DNA of 53,248 bases, from the NCBI GenBank assembly GCA_001724265.1, contig MEDY01000199.1, forward strand, positions 1 through 53,248, read 5' to 3'. Each line of letters begins with the position of its first letter. The stretch's first letter is position 1. The translations under genes were made by a program, and so were the position numbers. This stretch comes from Rhizaria sp. SCN 62-66 (Eukaryota). The notes beneath the pieces were generated by a model. The model did no database searches. It saw only the letters and a list, made by a program, of their open reading frames with translations, and was not told the DNA's origin. Shown piece after piece: positions 43,358-53,248 of this stretch.

Positions 43358-44480
43358 GGGGCAACACAATGGTGCAGCAAGCGCGGCAGCTGCAAGTTTA
43401 GGAGAGCAAGTTGTTGTGTGTCACAGGCGTAAAGCGGTGCCTTCGTTAGGCCAAGCTGAAGAGGAGGGAGCCGCGACGAGCGGGTAGTGTGTAGAAGTGC
43501 CGGTTGAGTGAAACGGTGTAAATGTGCAATATATCACTGTATCAGTGCCTATTCTATATGGAATGCATGTTGGAAAATTGATTGGAGATTGTTTGTGGAA
43601 GATATAGTTAAGAACGTGAATGGTGGGGTTGGATAGGGCAAAGGGCCAAAATGCAAGTCCCGAGGGGAGGGGATAAACGCTCGCGCAAGAAATATTAAAA
43701 AGCAAGTGAACATAAAATCAACAGAGCAGTACAAATCCGGAGTCTCAACCAGCTCAACCGAGCGTAGGGGACACATAGCGCATGCGAAATACACGACTTG
43801 AGGTAGACGTCGTCGTGTTGGCCGTTGGCCCAACGCCTGCTGCTCAGCACCACAAATTAGGTTTCCAACACTTTTCTCTTCCTCAAAATCTGCTTTGTTT
43901 TCATAGTCAAATTATAATAACTGGTGTGCAATGAGTTATTACGAAATAAACTTGAAGCTTCCATATAGCTTCGTTTAGTGATACATACATACTCTTTGAA
44001 ACTAGATAACGTTTTCGGGGCATATGACATGACTGGGCAAAGCACGTTTACATGAAGATACGACGTAGTCCATGAATGTTTACAAGTTTAGAATAAACAA
44101 CATATTTTGATTAAATAAAGTAAGAAAGCCGAGATATTTCAAAACTCTGTCTTAGAATTACAATAAAGCCGAGATAGACCAAATTCTATAAAATTACCGG
44201 GTAGCTTAACAAGCTCAGGCTGAGACGACAAGAAACAAGTAATATATTCACTAAAATAGATGTTCTGTATTATTCACTTAACAAAAACGCATTCACGCCT
44301 TACACACTTCGCTGAAAAGAACATATCCTTCACGCGTCTCATATTGTGGCATATGCCGCGACTGAGAGTGCCGTGAACCGCTCCTTTACATATCTTTAAG
44401 TGATCGTAGCACTCAAGTTGCACTTTAAGTTCAAACGTCACTCATACATGCAGTTTCTGCTCACCGATCCCCCAACGCAC

Positions 44481-45698
44481 TTAGAGGGTCTTCTCAAAGA
44501 ACTTCTGAAGGATGTCAAGCCCCTCCTTAATCTTCTCGACGTTTTCCTTGTTCCCGAAGTCGGCGCGCGCGGCCATCCAGCCGTGGTGCATCGTGTCGAA
44601 GGTCTCGAAAACTGGGTTATATACGCAAAGATCAAAGCAAATACAGTGAACAAAGTTAGAAGTCAAATAGTACATATTATGAAGTCTACTATATAGCAGC
44701 TCACCACAATAGTGCAATGAAATAGATTGCATTATGTTTGTGGACGTACCGCAGTCGTCGCCGTAGGTCTTGTCCGCCTTGATGGCTTTCTCGATGCCAG
44801 CGTAAACGTCGGCGTCCTCATCCTGAGATGGGAGCAGGCACACGGGGGCGACAAGCGGCGCGGTGAAGTCCTTGATGGCAAGGAACGACGGGTGGGGGCT
44901 GGCGAAGGGGCCGGCGGAGCCGTTCGCGGTCTTGACGAGGCCCTCGACCTGCGTGAGTACAGAGAAAACACACGATTTGACAAAGAGGAAGTCAGAAAGT
45001 CAAAATAAAACTTGAAACACTACTTCGTAAATTGAGACAACATGACTTCACCGCATCATTTGAGTTTGAGTTTGTTCCATTGGTAGATCGTGAGGTTTTA
45101 GTTGTTTGATGTGGACGGACCTGTGCCTGGTGGCAGATCTTGGCACCCCAGCAGAAGCCCACGAGGCCCTGGTTATCGACGCCTGCGGCGGTGAGATCGG
45201 CGGCGGCGGCAATAATCTTGGGGCGCATCTTGTCATAGTGGCCGGCGGAGTGAATCCAGGGCATCAACGTGTTGGGCTCCTTGGGGGGGAAGTTGGACTT
45301 GAGCCACGGCTTGCCTGAGCAGAGTCACATGACGATTAAACAGGGAAGAACAGGTCATGTACATCTAAGACTTTAAATATATATGAACATAGCAGTTGTA
45401 TACACGATGCGTGCTTTTAAAGGCATGCGTCAATTGTTAAGTGTGCTATATCTTCTGATGAGTTGCTTGATGTCGTACCGTCAAAGCAGTCGGGCATGAT
45501 GATGCGCGCATTGAGACGCTCAGCGAGCTGGTCTGCCACGTACTTGGCCTGCTCAGAAAGGCCAAAGATGTCGGTGATGACGATAAGACCACGCACAGGG
45601 GACTCACTGGAGACGACATAGGAGTGATGGGCGCCGATCGAGCCCTTGGGGGTGTAGTCGCAGGGAAGCGCGCTGCGGTTCGTCGGGCAGCAGGACAT
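44481..45698 (-). CDS. Dienelactone hydrolase family protein (alpha/beta hydrolase), 4 exons
   Basis: Exons 45698-45479, 45314-45121, 44948-44750 and 44611-44481. Motifs MSCCP, ITDIFG, ADQLA, MPD, GFCWGA (nucleophile Cys), HPSF, SQDE and MHHGWMAAR (catalytic His). Confidence 0.92.
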
Positions 45699-45948
45699 AC
45701 GTACTTCTAGATATAGTTATAAGCAGATAACAAAGAAAATCACTTGAGAAATATCATAATTGAGTTTCATTTCTTTTGACGATAGGAATGCCGAAATCCA
45801 GTTGAAGATAAAATGAAGTTCGAGAACTGACAAGCGACCTCCTCGTCGTTCCGGGGGTTCTGAAAAAAACTGCTGGTGAACTATGTGAGCTTGGTTGGCG
45901 CCTCCTGATGCCTACTTTTGATAACGTTATTTTGCGTTGTATCTTTCG

Positions 45949-47084
45949 ATGGCTAAGCTTTATTTCCGCCACGGCGCTGTTGGCAGTGCCAAGACGCTTA
46001 ACCTTCTTGCTGTCGCACACAGCTATGAGTTTCAGGTCCGTATTTTGAATTTCAAAACCACCCATTTTGGCGCCACTTTCGCGCCTTCCTTCGCACCTCT
46101 TTTTTCCCCTTCTCTGCCCCTCTCACCCTGAGTATTATTATGTGAACGTCAATTTTCTGAATATAATGCTCATTATTATATCTCCCTTTGCCTTCATTAT
46201 GTTGCTGTGCGCTATATAGGGTAAGAAGGTTGTCATCGCGAAGCCCTCCGTCGATGTGCGTTTCGGCGCCGCGGAGGTCAAGTCTCGCGCTAACCTTAGC
46301 AAGGAAGCCGACCTTGTCATTGCTGTACGTCATATACTTTCGTACTACACAACACGTGCAACTTTACATTATGTATTGCCTGTACACAGTTTCATGACCA
46401 TCTTGGACATGTGAACTCGAATCAAAACTCATCTCCACTTCCTTCTTCTTCGATCGTTCAAACACGATTCCTCCTGTGCAGACCGACACGGACCTGACAG
46501 TCGAGCTGGCCCGCTTCGGCCGCGTCAACTGCCTTGTCGTCGACGAGGCGCAGTTCCTCTCCACGGCGCAGATCGACATGCTGCGCTCGATCGCGGACCG
46601 CGGCGTGCCGGTCATCTGCTACGGGCTGCGCACCGACTTCCGCTCCCAGCTTTTCGAGGGCTCGAAGCGCCTCATGGAGATCGCCGACTCGATCGACGAG
46701 GTCAAGACGACGTGCTACTACTGCGACAAGAAGGCCGTGCTAAACCTCAAGCTGGTCGACGGCAAGGGCACCCTCAGCGGCGCGCAGGTCGACCTCGGCT
46801 GCGAGGAGAAGTACCTCCCGGTCTGCGCGAAGCACTTCGGCGCGCACACGCACGACTGCGAGGGCGCGGAAGAGTTCTACCGCGCGGGCGTTTACACCGC
46901 CAAGCTTGCCACCGCCGCTGCTGATGGCGCCGCTGAGAGCGCGCTCGATGTGACCGTGAGCAACAGCTCCGGGCTCAGCAGCGGCGCCAGCAGTGTGATG
47001 TCGACGCCGGAGCGCACGCTTAAGGCCGCGGACTGCCAGGTCAGCGGCAGCAAGGCCGAGTGCCCGGCTGTGCCGGCGCTGTGA
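45949..47084 (+). CDS. tdk: Thymidine kinase (type II, bacterial-like), 3 exons
   Basis: Exons 45949-46035, 46220-46324 and 46482-47084. MAKLYFRHGAVGSAKT P-loop, VKSR, VDEAQFL, PVICYGLRTDFRSQLFEGSKRL, Zn ligands CYYC and YLPVCAKH. Confidence 0.95.
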
Positions 47085-47784
47085 GCTGAGGGCGCTCATG
47101 AGAAGTTCAGCCGCGATGCTAAACACACGAGCCGCGAGGTTTATCCGCCATGCGTGCGTACTCGTGATATTTGTGTGTGGCGCGGTCTTCTATTTCTCAA
47201 CACTCACGAGGGAGGGCCAGCCAACTGATGTTGCTGCTGTTTTGTTCAATGCCCTTGCTTGATACAATGCATCACAGTGTTTAACTTGTCTAGGTAACGT
47301 TTGATAATACTGTTACTAGCGCGAACTGATACATAGTCATTCTTTTTTTCTTGACATTTAATCTGAACAACTGAATGTTAAATGATTTAAAAACTGTAGA
47401 TATGACTAGTCGCCACCATGTGTCGACCATTGACCTTCTTAAGTTGCCGTCGTTCAAAGTTACTCTTACCCGATTCTTGTTTGTGATGCTTGTTTGCGCC
47501 AATGTTCAATGCTTTTGCTGTTTATTCAGATTCTTGCTTGATGTCTTATAATACTTTGACATGCTGAATATTACGAAACATAATATTGCTTTCAGTCCAC
47601 GAATATCCTGTTTATACAAACGTAGTCCTCCTTCCGAACCAATAACACGGTTGTTGCTGTCAACCCTAGTACCTCAGTGCATCAAAGTGAAACCAAATTC
47701 GCTTTTCTATCACACTGCCGATTGGACTGAACACTAATACTAACTTAAAATACCACTGATAATCCACTAGGCGTGATTGCCCGC

Positions 47785-50700
47785 TTAGTTGCGCTCACGG
47801 AGACCAGACTCCTCCTAAACAAGCAAAAACATACATGAAGAACAGTTGCAAGCATATGACACAGAGTCGTGAGCAACATAATTAAAACGTAATATTCCAA
47901 TTATTATACAAAAACACATCATATGTTCATTCATTGGAAGACATCAAATCGCAAGTACACTCGACACAATATTGTTTTGCGGCAAGAAAAAGAAGCGTAC
48001 CTGGTCGAAGTGGACCTGGACGTCCTTGGAGTCGGCCACGTCGTCCGCATCCGCGGCGTCCGCAGTGGCCTTAGCCTCGGCCTCGACGGGCAGCGGCGAC
48101 GCCGCGACGTCGTCGCCGTCGTCTTCGCCCTCGCCGGCCTCAGAGATGCGGCTGTGCGCGGGGGACGAAACGGCCGAGCGCGACACGAACGCGCCGCCCT
48201 CGACATCGGCGGCGGCGGGGTTGACCGTGATGGGCGCAACGCCGCCCACAGCAGCGGCGGCGGCGGGGACGGCGGCGGGGGCGGCGGGGAGAGCGTTGAG
48301 GTCGAGCTTCTCGCGCACCAGCGGCGCGCTCGCGGAGGCCGCGACGTTGGCGCTGGCGAGCGCGGCCTTGAAGCCAGCCGCGGGGAGCGTGCTGTAGTGC
48401 TGCGCGCCCTTGGGGCGGCCGAGCGGGCCGTTGACCGTCGAGCGCCGCGACAGTCCGGGGGACGCCGGCACAGCGCCAGCGCCAGCGCTGGCAGCAGCGG
48501 CGGGCGCAGCGGCAGCGCCGGCGGGGGCGGCGGCGGGCGCGGCGGTAGCGTTGTCGAGGGGGGTGATCAGGTCGACAATCTGCTTGTAGGCCTGCTCAGC
48601 GGCGAGCTTGAGCCCGGCCGTTACGGGACCCCACATGCCCAGCGCGTTGACCGCGAAGGCGGCAATGCCGAGCATGACGACGACGACCATCACGAACGGG
48701 TTGCGCAACACCGCCATGAGCTCGTTCCAGCCCAGGAAGAGAATTACGCCGTACGCCCACGTGGGCAGCTTGGTCACGGCCGCCACGCGCTCCTGCTCGC
48801 GCTGCGCGTCGAAGAGAATGCTCTCGATGTCGAGCTTGAACTGGTGCTCGATCTCCACCTGCTGCTGCTCCGAAATCAGGAGCACCGTCGCCGCGGCTGC
48901 CGTGTTAAGCCGGGAGCCCAGTGACGCGACAGAGCGAGAGATGGCGCCGATGCTCTGCGTCGCGCTTCCGCGGCGCGCCGCCGCAGCGGTCACGCCCACA
49001 GTCACATCGCCCGACTCGGCGCCCTCAGCGACCGCCGAATCAGCGGCGGCAGCGGAGGCTCTGGAGTGGAAAGACGCGGCGGCGGAGCCATGCTTTGAAA
49101 GGGCGGCGGCGACTGAGGCGTCGCAGAACTCGCGGAGGCGGAAGGTAGCAAACAACGGGACAAGCTGCAGCGTCTCGTCGCGGGCCTTGACGAACAGGGA
49201 CTGGACAGGTGACAAGGGCAAGGCAAGAAGCATGTTGTTTAGGTGAGAAGATGCAGTGAGATCATGTTGTGCATATTTTGAGGTATTGAAAACAAAATAC
49301 GTCAATTTCAATTCCACAGTGAAGCTTGAAATGAGCTCGAATTGGCTTATAGACGAAGATTTGGCGAAGCAAACATAGTTTTGCTGAGTTGGTGACGAAA
49401 CATACCTGGATGTCGTCCTTGGCGCCCCAGCGGCGGCGGATGCCGGCGGCGTCCTTGAGGAAGAGGTTCTCGAAGCGCGTGCGCAGCTTGAGCGAAACAA
49501 TCGTCGCGTGCTGGGTCGCGGCCTCGCGCACCTGAGAGACACAAATGACAATAGAAAGCGCAAAAACGATCCAAGCATAATGAGATATCATCAAAATACG
49601 TCAGAAAGAAATAAGACGATAGATGAGACAACATACAGTCCAAATATACACTTCAAATTGTCAGGTCAATTGATTCAACCACGCTATATGTGTTATGGTC
49701 ATGGGACGCACCTGGAGCTCGGCCTGCTCGACGAGGCGCTTGCACACGGCCGCGGTCTCGGCCTCGGACGCCTTGAGCGGCGGCAGCAGACTGTTTGCGA
49801 CGGTCTTGGCCTCGGCGTAGACTGCGGAGAAGGCGGCGCCCAGCTCAGCCCACAGCGTCTGCTGCGGGTCGCGGAACAGCGGCGTCATGCGCGGCTGCAG
49901 CTCACTCATGAATGCAGCGAGCACCTCCTCGCCAACGCTCGCGATGGCGGCCTTGCGCTGCGCCTCGACGCGCGCGGCAAAGGCGGTGGCCGCGGCGGCG
50001 CAGTGCGCGGCAACGTTGAGCGCGGCGTCGAAGTCGGCCGGGATGCCCAGAGCCAACGCACCCACCGAGGCATTGAACGAGCTCACGGCGGACGCAGAGA
50101 GCGAGTCGGCCGTGGCGAAGAAGTTCGCGCGGTCGAAGTCCTCACTGGCCAGTGCGGCCGCCAGTGCGAGCTCGAAGTCGGACTCGGCGTCCTTAAGCAG
50201 GTGGCGCGTGATCTGCTCGCTGACCAGCTCGGCGATGGGCTCGGCCAGCTTGGCGACGAGCTCGTCGCGCTTGCGGACCACGACCGACGGCACGTACTTG
50301 CTAGCGCCGACATCGTAGAGGTTCAGCGCAGTGCTAGCGGCCGCGCCGAGCGGCGAGCCCAGCGCGGGCTGCGGGCCCTGCTTGGCGGCCTCCTTGACGG
50401 GGATGAGCGCGGCCGTCATCGTCTGCAGCGCCTGCGCCACGAGCTCGTCGCAGCGGAAGGTCGCAAGCATCTCCTTCTGCGTCGGCAGGTCCAGGTCCTT
50501 GCTCGACTTGATCGCGTCCCAGATGTTGGCCGAGTACTGCGCGAAGCCGTCCGCGGGCACGCTCTTCTTCCCGTGGTACGGCGTGTCCAGCAGGTACGCA
50601 GGGTTCTTGCGGTCGATGAAGCGGTCGCGCAACTCGACGCAGCGCTCTTCGAACTCCTTGCGCTGCAGGTGTAGGTGCGGCAGCCACTCGAACCGGAAGT

Positions 50701-51635
50701 CGAAGTGGTCATCGATCGTGCTGTTGGCGAAGTCCGCAGGTTTGGGCAGCTCGGCCCAGATGCCCTCGATTTCGCGCCGCAGCTTCGCCTTCAGCGCCTC
50801 GAACGGCGTCTGCTCCTCGACGTGGTCGCGCACGATGAACAGAAGCATCGTCTTGCTCTGCGCGAATTGTGATATATATAAAATAATATTATGATACATT
50901 GTTAGCAAATATATTAAAACATATTGTAATTCAGATTGGGACCGGTTAATCGTCGTGGCGACTGTAAAGTAAGTATTTTTAATATTGCTTTTCACTTCTC
51001 GTACCTGGTTCTTGAAGAGCTGCATGTTGACCTCGAAAACGGTCTTGAGCACGCCGTAGTTGGACGCCGTGTAGCGGCCGATGTCGTGCTCCCACATGTT
51101 GACGATGAGCACTTCACACAGCGCGAGTCCGTAGAGCAGCGTCTGGCGCTCAAACGTCGTGCGGTCCTCACCGCGCTCGCCGGAGTCGGTGCCCTCGAGG
51201 TCCATGACGACGAGGTTGTTGGTGTTGCGCGCGGCGTCGAGCCAGATGCCCTTGGTCGTCTGCGAGCGGCCCTGCGCGGAGTTCATCATCTGGAACTTAG
51301 TGTCAAAAAGGCGGTTGAGCAGCGTGGACTTGCCGGTCGACTGGCAGCCCATGATGCCGACGATAGAGTAGTCGCGGGTGTGCTCAGGGTCGACGAACGT
51401 GATCAACTCCTCTAGACGGTCTTGGTTCAGGCTGAATATCGCAACACAAGACAAAAATAATGCGCGATGGGTTAGTCACACACATTGGCGTTATATTCAG
51501 ATTAGTTGCACGGTGTTTTGGTCATAAGGCCGAGTGGTGGCGAGCGGGGACGTACTTGTATTCACCTTGGCCATCGACAAGGCAGACGAAGCCGCCCTCG
51601 ATGACGGGGATGGACCCAGCGCCGTCCTTAGACAT
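47785..51635 (-). CDS. SEY1: Sey1/RHD3 atlastin-like ER-fusion GTPase, ~1000 aa, 6 exons
   Basis: Exons 51635-51556, 51431-51005, 50857-49712, 49531-49406, 49200-48001 and 47814-47785. GCQSTGKSTLLNRLF, RSQTTKGIW, DLEGTDSGERGED, DLDLPTQKEMLATFRC and the TM hairpin LPTWAYGVILFLGWNELMAVLRNP. The last 30-nt exon (EESGLRERN*) is the least certain part. Confidence 0.94.
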
Positions 51636-52312
51636 TGTGCCCTATATAACACAAGAAAAAGAAGGAAACCACCGCGATGTATAAGTGAGGCATGGTTAGG
51701 TAAGTGCTTGTCGCGATTAGCGTGGGTTGAATGCGATTCGGATAGTTGCGTGATGAAGCAAGCGAGACGTTGAATCTCGAAGGTTTTTAAGGGGGCTGGC
51801 AGAGCAGGTTCCTCGTAGTTTTGAGGAGAATCATCATTCGAAATAATGAGAAATGCACAGTTCAGCCCTATATAGAAAAAAACAAGCGCATTTTGCGGTT
51901 ACTAGAAGGCATGCAGGAATGTCAAAAGTAACCTTTGGTCTTGACTCCCAACGGCTGACCACGCACGCAGTCCAGCGGCTTTTTTTCGGCCCCCCCCAAT
52001 CGTTCCATGCAGAGGTTGCCGAATGTCACAAGAAGTTCGAGATGAACGACGAACTCAGGAAGTCAGTTTACGGGACTTGAAACGTATCAATTAAAACGTA
52101 TTTGTTTGCAATCTATCTAGCACATGAGTTGCCGAACCAAACAAGGTATCGCTCTATCGGGTGAGCAGCTGTAGCGCTTTCTCGGCGCGTTCAATACTAC
52201 AATCTTACGCTACGAGGTTCTTATTACAACCAACATTTAGCATAAAATACCAAGTTTTACAGGCTGACGCTGGGGCAAACACCACCCACAGCCGTTTCGG
52301 GGCGGGTATATA

Positions 52313-52495
52313 TAGGTGGCGTTTTCCTGTGTCCACAGACTTCTCCTTTCTGTGAAAACAACAATAACAATTCATAATATCAGAGACACAACATAGAATT
52401 CGAATTATATACTTGTTTCTTATTTTTTTTTCATAGAAAAAAAGAGTCTGTGTTCACAAGAAAACGAAGTGTGTATACACAAGAAACGCCACCTG
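52313..52495. mobile_element. Putative MITE (non-autonomous Tc1/mariner-type DNA transposon), ~183 bp
   Basis: Imperfect ~45-50-bp terminal inverted repeats: left taggtggcgttttcctgtgtccacagacttc..tgtgaa, reverse complement of right caggtggcgtttcttgtgtatacacacttc..tgtgaa. AT-rich non-coding core; TA(TA) on both flanks. Confidence 0.65.
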
Positions 52496-53248
52496 TATAT
52501 CGCGGCCGGCAATTGCTGTCGAAGGGAATTTGATGCAGAATGTCGGCTGTAACAGTAACACCATGTAATAGTATGTGTACGTATTCTCTACACGGCATTT
52601 TACAAGAGCTACAAGCAAGGAGTAGTTAAATTTCTTGTTTGGGCCGCCGAGTGTGAAAATACAACCATAACGTATAAGTTCAGCCTCTTATCAACGCTCG
52701 CAGTTGTTCTCGTGGTGCGAACGAACGCGACAGTCAACGACATGCGACTGACAATGTGCGAGTTGTGAGAATGTCACGATGGATTATGCATGTACGATAA
52801 TGTACAGATAATCTATTATACTCATTTTATATTATAAGATATTAATAAGCTTACAGCTACAATGTTCGCTTGGGTGGTGGTGCGTCGCGAAACTATCATT
52901 CCTCGACATAGTAAGAGTTGCACGCGACAGAAATCAACTAAATAATAAAAAAGAAGGATATATCCGCATTTGAATAAAGAAATTATGGATTGACCAAATA
53001 TTCCGATGCTTCAAGACCAAAGAAGCCGCGGCTTACCTTTCGAAACAAAAGATCCGATAAATTCCACGAAATCCAACCAATGACACTAGATGTGATGGAC
53101 AACTGTAAATAGTTCGTACTCAACGTGAAAAGGTTTGAAATCCGTCGTTTACTACTGCGGGCAAAAATATCCGTAGCTGTGGCTAAAATATCCGTAGTTG
53201 ACCAAGCAAATTTGTGGTGGAAGTTGATTTTGTAATACAATTGGATTG

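Noticed and set aside
47944..48000. Read-through C-terminus of SEY1 (VRFFFLPQNNIVSSVLAI*) given by the ORF track
   Set aside because: A GTACGC donor at 48000, AT-rich composition and an in-frame terminal exon at 47814-47785 favour an intron.
648..51635. Possible TAG codon reassignment: none of the 12 genes ends in TAG (9 TAA, 3 TGA)
   Set aside because: No in-frame TAG occurs in the reconstructed coding sequence, including the 5180-aa and 2240-aa proteins, so this is best explained by stop-codon preference and small sample size.
51853..52080. 75-aa plus-strand ORF upstream of SEY1
   Set aside because: No codon bias, splice signals or homology cue; probably promoter sequence.
52950..53248. 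Compositionally distinct window end with a short direct repeat (aaaatatccgtag twice, ~53164 and ~53185) and an 85-aa ORF
   Set aside because: The + strand frames are interrupted by stops, no transposase or viral motif is recognisable, and the region is cut by the window edge.
1..53248. tRNA, rRNA, snRNA genes or CRISPR arrays
   Set aside because: None recognisable by eye; small snoRNAs cannot be excluded without a covariance-model search.

Overview
Intron-containing eukaryotic (protist-like) genomic DNA with GC-rich exons, AT-rich introns and intergenic spacers, and the standard genetic code. I reconstructed 12 protein-coding genes by hand from GT..AG splice sites: a compact Hsp110-type Hsp70, a small secreted prepropeptide-like protein, SF3B4, a catalytically degenerate S28 peptidase homologue, GAR1, COX17, a ~1660-aa secreted orphan, a ~5180-aa single-exon protein with a split cNMP-binding-like domain, a 7TM-receptor/TKL-kinase fusion, a dienelactone hydrolase, a bacterial-type thymidine kinase and SEY1/RHD3. 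There is also a TA-flanked MITE-like element and a (CA)n microsatellite. The most notable points are: (1) the 7TM-kinase fusion; (2) conserved domains broken by huge in-frame low-complexity insertions; (3) a 5' splice-site consensus GTACGT with no +4A in 26 introns; (4) a recurrent DNA motif (GGTACTTAGAC / CTTAGAC) written into coding sequence on both strands; (5) a candidate disulfide-loop peptide precursor. All family calls come from motif recognition, not database searches, and the exact taxon cannot be determined from this window.
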